Source: an uncultured Flavobacteriales bacterium | GTDB taxonomy: Bacteria > Bacteroidota > Bacteroidia > CAIKAF01 | NCBI GenBank assembly: GCA_903837495.1 | Contig: CAILUT010000059.1 | Span: forward strand, 8,037 to 72,036 | Direction: 5' to 3' | Length of the DNA stretch: 64,000 bases | Shown here: piece after piece, positions 29,063 to 37,402 of the stretch | How the letters are laid out: every line of letters begins with the position of its first letter | Position numbering within the stretch: position 1 is the stretch's first letter | The notes under the pieces: model-generated | The model's database searches: none | What the model saw: only the letters and a program-made list of their open reading frames with translations | Told to the model about the DNA's origin: nothing | Made by a program: the position numbers and the translations under genes

Positions 29063-29158
29063 GTGCGGCAGGCAGGATTGAACCGAGAGCCCGCAAAGCA
29101 GAACGGTCATGGGCCCGTGTGCTGCAGACCTACCGGAAAAAGCCCGTTGCCCGCCCCC
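29063..29158 (+). repeat. GC-rich structured intergenic repeat, short copy B
   Basis: It shares the 5' end GTGCGGCAGGCAGGATTGA and the 3' end AAAAGCCCGTTGCCCGCCCCC, but lacks the central GGCGAC..GGAGCC block. Confidence 0.75.
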
Positions 29159-29160
29159 AT

Positions 29161-29198
29161 AAAAAAAGCGGTTCGACCGAAATCGAACCGCTTTTTTT
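29161..29198. terminator. bidirectional rho-independent terminator
   Basis: A7-GCGGTTCGA-ccgaaa-TCGAACCGC-T7. The stem is a perfect 9 bp, with a U-run on either strand. It lies 42 nt after the stop at 29240. Confidence 0.8.
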
Positions 29199-29239
29199 GA
29201 AACCGTAAAACCCGATTTAAATCAAGGTTTATCGAATTT

Positions 29240-30988
29240 TTATTTGATGAAAGGAATCGCTACACGTGCGTTTGTTCCGGTCAAGGTTAAGAAATATTGA
29301 CCTGAAGACAAGCTGTTGGTGTTTACTTCGATGCTGTTGCTGCCTTCCATCAACGAAACTTGACCCAATTTGGCAACCTCGCGGCCCATGATGTTAACAA
29401 TGCTCAATTCAGCATTGAAAGAACGGGTTGAAGAGAATGTCAAAGTTGATACTTCGTTCACTGGATTGGGGAACAAATTCATTTGGCTGATTCCGCTGAC
29501 GCTTTCCAACGAAGTTACTGGAGTCAATTCTACCAAGTTTCCACCGTTGGGGAAAGCAACCCATAGACCGAAAGGCTGCAAATTGCTTACGTTTTCGTCG
29601 TTGGGGGTTAAGAAACCAGTAGCAAAAATGGTTAGACCTAGTCCTGACAATTGAGTCAATGGAGCTGCAAAAGTAGCTACAGTGGTGTTGTTGTCGTTTG
29701 CAGGGGTGATGCGGATTTGACCGTCAGCAATGGTAGGAATAGGCAAGTAACCTTGGTATTCGCCGAAGCTGATGTCATTAACCAATACGCTACCGGTAGA
29801 ACCAACGGCATCAACCATAGGTGCATCGGGAGAGTGGTGGAATACTGCAATGCTTACAGTGGTAGGGCTGATAGACCAAGGGCGTGAACCAGAAATCACG
29901 TCCAAACCAAAAGCTACATTTGTTCCGTTTACAGAAACGGAATGTGCAAAGTTGGTTCCGCTGGTGTTGGCTAGGCCTGCAGCTGCTACTTGATAGGTGG
30001 TGTTTTTCATTAAGGTAGCTGGAATTTTCACCAAGGCACCGCTGGTATCGGCAGAATTTGGAGCCGAAAACAATACACGGTAGTTGTCAGAAGGCACCAA
30101 CAAATACTTAGTAGCTTGCAAATAACCTACATTGTTGAAAGGAATAACCGCACCGGCAGAAGTTACCACGTCGATGTCAACGGCAGCTACCATGGGATCG
30201 GGTGAATTGTGTACAATTTGAATGCGGCTTGCGTCTGTTTGTGGCAGGGCCAAAACGGTTCCATCAGGCAACGCAACGAACAAACCAAAAGCAGGCTGGC
30301 CCATAGCGGGAGATAATTTTCCAGAAGCAAATACCACACCGGCGCCTCCGCCAGCGTTTAAGGTAGCCAAAGGAATACCAAAACCTTCAACCATGGTGTT
30401 GAAGTCGGTGGCTGGAGTTAGCAACGACAACAAGTCAGCGGCAGGCAGGGTGGCTGTTCCAGTAAAGGCACCGAAAGCCAGGGTAGGAACCACTGGAGTT
30501 AAGGCATCTAAATTGGTGAAGATGGCCACTGCTGGTGCATCGGTGCTGCCGTGAAAAATATTTACATCAAAATCGTTTGAAGAACCTGCTGTCAAAGCAC
30601 CGGCTCCAAAAAACAAATTGAAGGGGTGGCTTGAACTGCCAATTTCGCCAGCGGCAACAGCCACGTACGAAGAATTTGCCATCAAGGTAGGAAGAGCGAA
30701 AGAAACTAAAGTATCGCTCAACATGGTTCCTGCACCAAATTCAGGGGCAATGGCAACGCGGGCGTTGGTCAAACCGGAAGGAACTTGCAAATATGCAGTG
30801 GCCGAACGGAAAGAAAGGTTGTTAACCAATGGATTGGCAGTGAAGCCAGAACCCAGATTGACATAAATGTCAACCGTGCCTGCTGCGGGAGTAGGACAGT
30901 TGTGAATGATCTGCACATTGGCATTTTGTGCCTGAACAACCACTGCGGTTGCTGCTACGGCAAATAGGGATAATAATTGTTTTTTCAT
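29240..30988 (-). CDS. DUF4397-repeat secreted protein with T9SS C-terminal sorting domain
   Basis: It has a signal peptide, repeated NANVQIIHN/RIQIVHNSPD-type DUF4397 modules and a C-terminal T9SS tail (LFPNPVNEVSTLTF...GQYFLTLTG). Confidence 0.72.
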   Translation of the reverse strand: MKKQLLSLFAVAATAVVVQAQNANVQIIHNCPTPAAGTVDIYVNLGSGFTANPLVNNLSFRSATAYLQVPSGLTNARVAIAPEFGAGTMLSDTLVSFALPTLMANSSYVAVAAGEIGSSSHPFNLFFGAGALTAGSSNDFDVNIFHGSTDAPAVAIFTNLDALTPVVPTLAFGAFTGTATLPAADLLSLLTPATDFNTMVEGFGIPLATLNAGGGAGVVFASGKLSPAMGQPAFGLFVALPDGTVLALPQTDASRIQIVHNSPDPMVAAVDIDVVTSAGAVIPFNNVGYLQATKYLLVPSDNYRVLFSAPNSADTSGALVKIPATLMKNTTYQVAAAGLANTSGTNFAHSVSVNGTNVAFGLDVISGSRPWSISPTTVSIAVFHHSPDAPMVDAVGSTGSVLVNDISFGEYQGYLPIPTIADGQIRITPANDNNTTVATFAAPLTQLSGLGLTIFATGFLTPNDENVSNLQPFGLWVAFPNGGNLVELTPVTSLESVSGISQMNLFPNPVNEVSTLTFSSTRSFNAELSIVNIMGREVAKLGQVSLMEGSNSIEVNTNSLSSGQYFLTLTGTNARVAIPFIK

Positions 30989-31148
30989 TGTAAATGGGTA
31001 TTATTTGAATGTTAAACATGTTTGTTGGACTTTTGTTCCAATTCCAGGGTGTTTTTCTTTGCTTTTTAATTTTCTTTCCAGTTAGATTCCTTGATTTGGT
31101 GGGCATTTCCTTACTTTGCACTGGATTTACGTTAACCAATTTTAAGAT

Positions 31149-32567
31149 ATGAGCAAGGCGTATCAGCAGCCGAACGAGGCTGACAGGTCGAAATTTTTGG
31201 AACAACTTGGATCAGATCGGGTGCGTTGGGACGCGGAGGCCATTCATTCGGCTGCTTCTGATATGACCGAAGACCTGGTTTTTCTGCCCAGCCTGGTTGT
31301 TTTTCCTGAAACCACCGAAGAGGTGAGTCAAATCGTACGGCATTGCTACCTCCGCGCCATTCCTTTAACGGTACGTGGAGCAGGAACCGGCTTGAGCGGA
31401 GGTGCGCTGCCCGTTGAAGGCGGGCTGGTTTTAAGCACGGCCCGCATGAATGCCCAGCCTAAAATTGACGAGGCCAACATGCAGGTTTTTGTTCAACCCG
31501 GCGTGATTACCCAAGTTTTGCAATCCTGCGTAGAAGAAAAGGGGCTGTTTTATCCGCCCGACCCTTCCAGCCGCGGTTCTAGTTTTATTGGAGGCAATTT
31601 GGCCGAATCTTCTGGCGGCCCCAGGGCCGTTAAATACGGGGTAACCAAAGATTATGTGTTGAACCTTGAGGTGGTTTTGGCCGACGGTCGAATCATGGAA
31701 ACCGGAGCCCGCGTGCTAAAAAACGCCACCGGCTACAACCTAACTCAGCTTATGATTGGCAGCGAAGGAACCCTAGCCATCATAACCGGCATTACCCTGC
31801 GTTTGATTCCGCTGCCCACCTTGCGTTGGACTTTCTTGGTTCCTTTTCAAAACCCAAATCAGGCCGTTTCGGCGGTGGCCCATGTGTTCAAAGCCGGGCT
31901 TACGCCCTCGGCCATGGAATTTATGGAACGCGATGCCATAGCCTACACCCTGGCCAAGCGGCCCGATTTGGCCTTTCCCGAAGCAGAGTTGGCGCAGGCC
32001 TATTTGCTGGTTGAACTCGATGGGTTCGACGAAGACGAACTGCAGCGCCAAACCGACCGGTTGATTCCCGTTTTAGAGGGCTTTGAACCCAATGAAATTT
32101 GGATGGCTACAACGGCCGCCGAAACCGAAGGCCTTTGGAAGGTGCGCCGTTCCATTGGCGAGGCGGTAAAGTCGCATTCCATTTACAAAGAACAAGACAC
32201 CGTGGTGCCCCGGTTTTTCCTGCCCGAATTGCTTGCCTATGTCAAGGAATTGGGTGCCGAGTTCGGCTTCGAATCCGTCTGCTACGGGCATGCCGGCGAC
32301 GGCAATTTGCACGTAAATATACTGCGAGGCAAGCTCAGCGAGCAGGCTTGGGAACAGGAATTGCCCATCGCCATCCGAAAATTATTCAAAAAAGTCAAGG
32401 AACTTGGCGGCACTTTGTCGGGCGAACATGGCATTGGCTGGGTGCAAAAAAACTACATGGATTTGGTTTGCAGCCCTGCCCAGCTTGAAATGATGCGGGG
32501 CATAAAGTCGGTTTTCGATCCCAAAAACATCCTAAATCCAGGCAAGATTTTCCCCGATGCAAAGTAA
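31149..32567 (+). CDS. FAD-binding oxidase, GlcD/D-lactate dehydrogenase family
   Basis: 472-aa ORF with an FAD_binding_4 N-terminal half (VRGAGTGLSGGALP) and a C-terminal FAD-oxidase domain (GTLSGEHGIG, DPKNILNPGK). Confidence 0.85.
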   Translation: MSKAYQQPNEADRSKFLEQLGSDRVRWDAEAIHSAASDMTEDLVFLPSLVVFPETTEEVSQIVRHCYLRAIPLTVRGAGTGLSGGALPVEGGLVLSTARMNAQPKIDEANMQVFVQPGVITQVLQSCVEEKGLFYPPDPSSRGSSFIGGNLAESSGGPRAVKYGVTKDYVLNLEVVLADGRIMETGARVLKNATGYNLTQLMIGSEGTLAIITGITLRLIPLPTLRWTFLVPFQNPNQAVSAVAHVFKAGLTPSAMEFMERDAIAYTLAKRPDLAFPEAELAQAYLLVELDGFDEDELQRQTDRLIPVLEGFEPNEIWMATTAAETEGLWKVRRSIGEAVKSHSIYKEQDTVVPRFFLPELLAYVKELGAEFGFESVCYGHAGDGNLHVNILRGKLSEQAWEQELPIAIRKLFKKVKELGGTLSGEHGIGWVQKNYMDLVCSPAQLEMMRGIKSVFDPKNILNPGKIFPDAK

Positions 32568-32595
32568 GGAAGCTGGGTTTTTGCTTGGATTTTTT

Positions 32596-32740
32596 GGGCG
32601 GCAGCCGGGCTTTCAGGGGTTGTCCGCGGTGGCCGGAAGGCGGGCCCAGCGGGCTTGCGGTGGCTCCTGAAGTCGCCTCCGCGCCTCGCGGGCCCGGCTC
32701 CGGCCCCCTTGCGGGCAACTCCCTTCAATCCCTGCCGCAC
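32596..32740 (-). repeat. GC-rich structured intergenic repeat, copy C
   Basis: The reverse complement carries GTGCGGCAGGGATTGA ... GGAGGCGACTTCAGGAGCC ... GAAAGCCCGGCTGCCGCCC plus an A6 tail. Confidence 0.9.
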
Positions 32741-32954
32741 AACCCAACAAGCGTTTCCGTGTTGATTTTGCCAACCCCGGGCCGAACTCTTCGGGCCTTA
32801 TCGCTTTTGCCAATCCAATCCAACCCCGGCATGAAGGTAAGCCTAAGGGACCGGCAATTTTCAGCCGGCTTTAACTCATCTTAAAAGCAGCAGAACTTTA
32901 AGGTAGGCAAGGGGAGGCCTTCCCGAACCGTGCCGTTTTGTTTTTCGAACTGTT

Positions 32955-33644
32955 TTAATCTCGACGCCCTAAAAACATCATGATATAATACAAAAGAACG
33001 GTCAAGGAAGACAAGGCTGCTACCACATAGGTAGTGGCGGCAAGGCGCAACGCATGGCTTGCTTTTTCATGTTCTTCGCCGTAGGTCAGGCCTGTGCTGT
33101 TCAACCACATCAATCCCCGGCGCGTGGCATCAAATTCCACCGGCAAGGTAATCAAGCTGAATAAAGTAATGGCCCCCTGAGCCACTATAATAATCAGCAG
33201 CATGGTGTTGTTGTCGTACATATTGAACATTAAGCCCCCAAAGATGGAAGCCAGAAATATGAAATTAATCACCTGGTTGCTGATGTTCACCAAGGGGACC
33301 ATGGCCGAACGGAATTGCAAAAACGGATAGGCCGTAGCATGCTGCACAGCGTGTCCGCACTCATGTGCCGCCACCGCCGCAGCCGAAACCGAAGCTCCAT
33401 TGTACACCTCAGGACTTAAGTTTACTGTTTTATTTGCCGGATTGTAGTGGTCGGTTAAACTGCCTTGAACGCAGGTTACTTGAACGTCGTTGATGCCGCT
33501 GTCCCTTAGCATGCGTTCGGCTACCTCTCGGCCTGTGAGGCCAGATTTCAGCGGGACTTTGGTATAGGCGTTAAAACGGTTTTTAAGGCGCATGCCAACC
33601 AGCATGCTTACTACCATAAAAAAGCCAATGATTAAGAATAACAT
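32955..33644 (-). CDS. zinc metallopeptidase (YugP-like, Zn_peptidase_2 family)
   Basis: 229-aa membrane ORF with HECGHAVQH. Confidence 0.83.
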   Translation of the reverse strand: MLFLIIGFFMVVSMLVGMRLKNRFNAYTKVPLKSGLTGREVAERMLRDSGINDVQVTCVQGSLTDHYNPANKTVNLSPEVYNGASVSAAAVAAHECGHAVQHATAYPFLQFRSAMVPLVNISNQVINFIFLASIFGGLMFNMYDNNTMLLIIIVAQGAITLFSLITLPVEFDATRRGLMWLNSTGLTYGEEHEKASHALRLAATTYVVAALSSLTVLLYYIMMFLGRRD

Positions 33645-33811
33645 AGGATGTTGAGTTTAAATTTTGGAAATCAAAGTTCGCTCTTTTTCAAGGTTTCTAC
33701 AAGTGCAACCCAACCTAAGCTAGTTAAAATTGCATAAAGCCAAATTCGGGGGAATTTAAGGGGGGATTTTCGATTTGATTTGGCCTTTCAGGGGGCAAAC
33801 CAAAAAGGGGT

Positions 33812-34945
33812 TTAAACCGGCATCTCCATTACCTCATAGGTTTTGTAAATTTCGCCGCCAATATTGAGCAGCGGCCGCTTCATGGGCTCGTTGTCTTCTA
33901 CAATGTAGCTGGCTTCGGCCCAAGTCGCGCCCCGTTCCATTCCGCGCTGTGTAATTTGCAAATACATCAAGGCATCTAAGCCTTTTCGTTGGTATTCGGG
34001 CAAGACCCCTAGAATAACAATTCGAACGCATTTTATTTTTTTGGCCTTGGTAAACATATCTATCCAATTAAAAGGGAATAAATTGCCTTTCCACGACCGA
34101 AACACTTCGTTGTAATCGGGCAGGCAAATGCAACCTCCAACCACCTCGCCATCTACTTTGGCCAGCATGACCAGCCGGGGGTCCGTAATCTGCTTTAAAT
34201 CGGTGGTTATGTGGTCAAATTCCGCATCGGTTAAGGGGACCCAGCCGTGGTTGTTTACTGTGGTCCAGGCTTTATTAAACAAGCCCCTAAAGGTTTTTAC
34301 TCCTTCGTCAAACTGTTTCATATCTAAATTCACCAATTCGAACTTTAGCCGGTACTTTAGGGCCGCTTCAATCCGGTCAATGCGCTCCCGGTTCTTTTCC
34401 AGAATTTTAATTCCATCAAACCGAAAGGCGAACAATTTTTTGATGGGCTGCAAACCATAGGCCAAGTACAAGGAATAATACCAACGAGCGTTGTAGGTCG
34501 ATAAAATCACATGTTGTTCATCAAAGCCATCAATCATGACTCCATAGTCTTCGTTTGATGAGGGACTGGCGGGACCGCGCATGTGGGTATAATTTTGTTC
34601 TTTCAACCAGTTTCGTGCTGCGTCCAACAAGGCTTTTGATACCTCAACATCGTCAATGCATTCAAAGAACCCAAAAAAACCAACCCGATCTTTCCAGGTT
34701 TCGTTGTGCAGGTGATTGATGATTGCGGCTACCCGTCCCAGCACCTGTCCCTGCCTTAGGGCAATAAAGGCCTGCATTTCTCCGTGCTGAAAAAAGGGGT
34801 TTTTGTCTTTTTGAAAGACTTTTCGGTAACTGCTTTTTAGGGGAGCAACCCATACCGGGTCGTTTTTATACATTTTCCAGGGAAAAAAAATGAATCGTTC
34901 CCAATCCGATTTGCTTGAAACGGTTTGTATTGTTATGTGGCTCAT
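33812..34945 (-). CDS. GNAT-like N-acetyltransferase family protein
   Basis: It has a GNAT motif A-like segment (VILGVLPEYQRKGLDALMY). I prefer the ATG at 34945 (MSHITIQ). The substrate is unknown. Confidence 0.5.
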   Translation of the reverse strand: MSHITIQTVSSKSDWERFIFFPWKMYKNDPVWVAPLKSSYRKVFQKDKNPFFQHGEMQAFIALRQGQVLGRVAAIINHLHNETWKDRVGFFGFFECIDDVEVSKALLDAARNWLKEQNYTHMRGPASPSSNEDYGVMIDGFDEQHVILSTYNARWYYSLYLAYGLQPIKKLFAFRFDGIKILEKNRERIDRIEAALKYRLKFELVNLDMKQFDEGVKTFRGLFNKAWTTVNNHGWVPLTDAEFDHITTDLKQITDPRLVMLAKVDGEVVGGCICLPDYNEVFRSWKGNLFPFNWIDMFTKAKKIKCVRIVILGVLPEYQRKGLDALMYLQITQRGMERGATWAEASYIVEDNEPMKRPLLNIGGEIYKTYEVMEMPV

Positions 34946-35078
34946 GCTGCTGTTTTTAGCGGTACATCTGAAGCTGTTGTGGAACAAATTTCAAGGGTAA
35001 AAGTAGGTAATTTGCACATAGATTGCCAAAGATTCCTTGAAGGCTTTGCCTGTGTTTTAATGCGTTTTACCTTTGTGT

Positions 35079-35795
35079 ATGGCGAAGTACAGCGGCTTTA
35101 ATTCCATTTTCCGATTCAAGCAGTTTTCTTTGCAACAGGGTCCGGGTGTTTTTCGCTTGGGAAGCGATGCGGTTTTGTTGGGTTGCTGGGCTCCGCTTTC
35201 TTTGGATGGGGGCCCTATTTTGGATGTGGGCACCGGAACGGGCATTTTGGCTCTAATGGCGGCACAACGCACCCAGCGCGAAGTTTGGGGCATTGATTCC
35301 TTGCCCGAATCGGCGTTCTTGGCCCTTCAAAATGCCCAATCCAGTCCTTGGGCCCACCGCATCCGCATGTTCCATGCTTCCATCGATTCTTTTCAGCCCC
35401 ATTTTGCCCCTTCGGACATCCTACTGAATCCTCCCTATTTTTTTAACCACACTCCGAATGCCCAGCCCAATTTGACCCAAGCCAGGCATGCCAGCCCCGA
35501 TTTGCCGCTGCGTTGGTTTAAAAGTCCCAGCTTTTCAACCATGCAGCAGGGAAACATCCACCTGATTGTTCCGAGCAGTTCTTTAGGGATTTGGGAGAAG
35601 GCTTGGAGCAGCCAGGCTTGGTTTTTGAACCGGCACTTGCAGGTTCAAGGTCGATTTCAAGGCCCAATCATTCGATCGATTTTAAGTTTGAGCCGCAGCC
35701 CTAGCCCCCCGCGAACCGAAACGCTGTATTTATATGAAAGCAACGGCGAGCGGAGCCCAGCATTTCAGTCGCTTAGCACTGAATTTTACTTGTAA
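35079..35795 (+). CDS. tRNA1(Val) (adenine37-N6)-methyltransferase-like (TrmN6/YfiC family)
   Basis: It has an FRFKQFSL N-terminus, the SAM-binding motif ILDVGTGTGILAL and the catalytic NPPYF. The track start at 35073 is a TTG and the ATG is at 35079. Confidence 0.75.
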   Translation: MAKYSGFNSIFRFKQFSLQQGPGVFRLGSDAVLLGCWAPLSLDGGPILDVGTGTGILALMAAQRTQREVWGIDSLPESAFLALQNAQSSPWAHRIRMFHASIDSFQPHFAPSDILLNPPYFFNHTPNAQPNLTQARHASPDLPLRWFKSPSFSTMQQGNIHLIVPSSSLGIWEKAWSSQAWFLNRHLQVQGRFQGPIIRSILSLSRSPSPPRTETLYLYESNGERSPAFQSLSTEFYL

Positions 35796-35813
35796 TGCAG
35801 CCATAAGCTGCAG

Positions 35814-37103
35814 TTAATCTTCTTGTACAATCCGGACCCGTACTTCTTGGATATTCCGTTCACTTACTTGGGTCATCAAAAACCGAAAGACTCCGATTTT
35901 AATTTCATCGCCCTGTTCGGGAATTTCTTGGTGGTGGAACAAGATAAATCCCGCCAAGGTTTCATAATCCTCATGCTCAGGAATATCTAGGTTGTATTTG
36001 TCGTTCAAGGCATCTATTTCAAGCCGTCCGGCCCACAAATAGGTGTGCTCGTCCAGCTGCTTATCGGTTAAAACTTCTTTGTCGTGTTCGTCCTGAATTT
36101 CGCCCACCAGCTCTTCGATGATGTCTTCTAGGGTAATGAGCCCTGCGGTTCCGCCGTATTCATCTACCACAATGGCCAGGGATTTATGCTGTTGAATAAA
36201 CTGCGTCATGATGTCTTTGATGGGTGTGGTTTCTGCCACAAAGAACACCGGCCTCAAAATGGCATTGATGGATTGAGGCGAGGTGAATAAATCAAAGCTG
36301 TGGACAAATCCAATCACTTCGTCTATGCGTTCGGAATACACCACAATTTTAGAATGCCCCGATTCTACGAACGATTTTCGAAGCATTTCTACTTCGGCCG
36401 ACTTTTCAATGGCTGTTATTTCATTTCGTGGAATCATGCATTCTCGGGCTTTCACCGAGGGGAATTCTAGGGCATTCTGCAAAATAAACACTTCGTTTTC
36501 TACTTCTGCGCGTTCATCTTTGGCTTCTTCGGTGAGTTGCCGCAAGTAGTAGTTTAAATCGGACAAATCAACCCCTTGGCTGTGTTGATTGGTTTTAATA
36601 TTCAAAACCTTTCGGACCACCAGGTTGCTAAATCCGGTAATTAAAATTACGGGCAATTTTAAAACGACATAAAAAACATAGGCTGGGCCAGAAAAAATCG
36701 ACAGCATTTTATTGGGTTGCAAGGCAAAAATGGCTTTCGGCAGGTATTCGGCCACAAACAGAATCAACACCGTGGCAGCTATGGTTTGCAGCACCAAACT
36801 GCTGAGCTCGGCACCTTGTGGGCCAAATTGATTCACGTATGCTTTGCTAATTAAGGGAGTGAGCCAATTTCCCATAATCAAGCCATAGACCACCAAGGCC
36901 AGGTTGTTGCCCACCAACATGGTGGCAATAAAGCGCGAGGGGCTTTGGGTTAGGGTATTTAGAATTCGGCCTGTAAAACCTTTCCTAGACTTTTCCAGTT
37001 CCAGTTTCAGCTTATTGCCGGTTATAAATGCAATTTCAATGCCCGAGAAAAAGGCTGAAAGCAACATAGAGGTCAACAGCAGAATAAAATCACCTATGCT
37101 CAT
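35814..37103 (-). CDS. CNNM/DUF21-CBS-CorC_HlyC hemolysin-family membrane protein (GldE-like)
   Basis: It has a DUF21 TM region, tandem CBS domains and a CorC_HlyC C-terminal domain. The ATG at 37103 (MSIGDFILLL) is the plausible start. The 74-codon extension to 37325 runs through repeat copy D. Confidence 0.85.
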   Translation of the reverse strand: MSIGDFILLLTSMLLSAFFSGIEIAFITGNKLKLELEKSRKGFTGRILNTLTQSPSRFIATMLVGNNLALVVYGLIMGNWLTPLISKAYVNQFGPQGAELSSLVLQTIAATVLILFVAEYLPKAIFALQPNKMLSIFSGPAYVFYVVLKLPVILITGFSNLVVRKVLNIKTNQHSQGVDLSDLNYYLRQLTEEAKDERAEVENEVFILQNALEFPSVKARECMIPRNEITAIEKSAEVEMLRKSFVESGHSKIVVYSERIDEVIGFVHSFDLFTSPQSINAILRPVFFVAETTPIKDIMTQFIQQHKSLAIVVDEYGGTAGLITLEDIIEELVGEIQDEHDKEVLTDKQLDEHTYLWAGRLEIDALNDKYNLDIPEHEDYETLAGFILFHHQEIPEQGDEIKIGVFRFLMTQVSERNIQEVRVRIVQED

Positions 37104-37171
37104 TGGAGTGTAAAAGTATGCAAAAGCTTTTACTGGGCACTTTAAATCGGTGTAGGTTTGATGATTTACGA

Positions 37172-37313
37172 GCGGCAGGGATTGAACAAGGTAGCCCGAA
37201 GCGTTCCGGGCTCTGGCCCGCGTGCCGCGCAGGCGACCTTGGGAGCCCGCGCAAGGCCGCTGGGGCAGTTCCCGGCACGCGAGGACTACCTGTGAAAGCC
37301 CGGCTGCCGCCCC
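37172..37313 (+). repeat. GC-rich structured intergenic repeat, copy D
   Basis: GCGGCAGGGATTGA ... CAGGCGACCTTGGGAGCC ... GAAAGCCCGGCTGCCGCCCC plus an A7 tail. It is preceded by TAGGTTTG at 37153-37160. Confidence 0.9.
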
Positions 37314-37402
37314 AAAAAAATCCAAAACCTTATAATTGGCTGTATTTTTTTAGTGCTTGGGGGCTAAAAATCCGTTCTGGGCGCAAGCAGGTGTGCCGCC
37401 GG

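Noticed and set aside
37104-37325. 74-codon N-terminal extension of the CNNM/CBS hemolysin-family ORF.
   Set aside because: The extension is a translation of repeat copy D and has an Arg/Ala/Gly-rich composition. The family-typical N-terminus, MSIGDFILLLTSMLLSAFFSGIEIAF, starts at the ATG at 37103.
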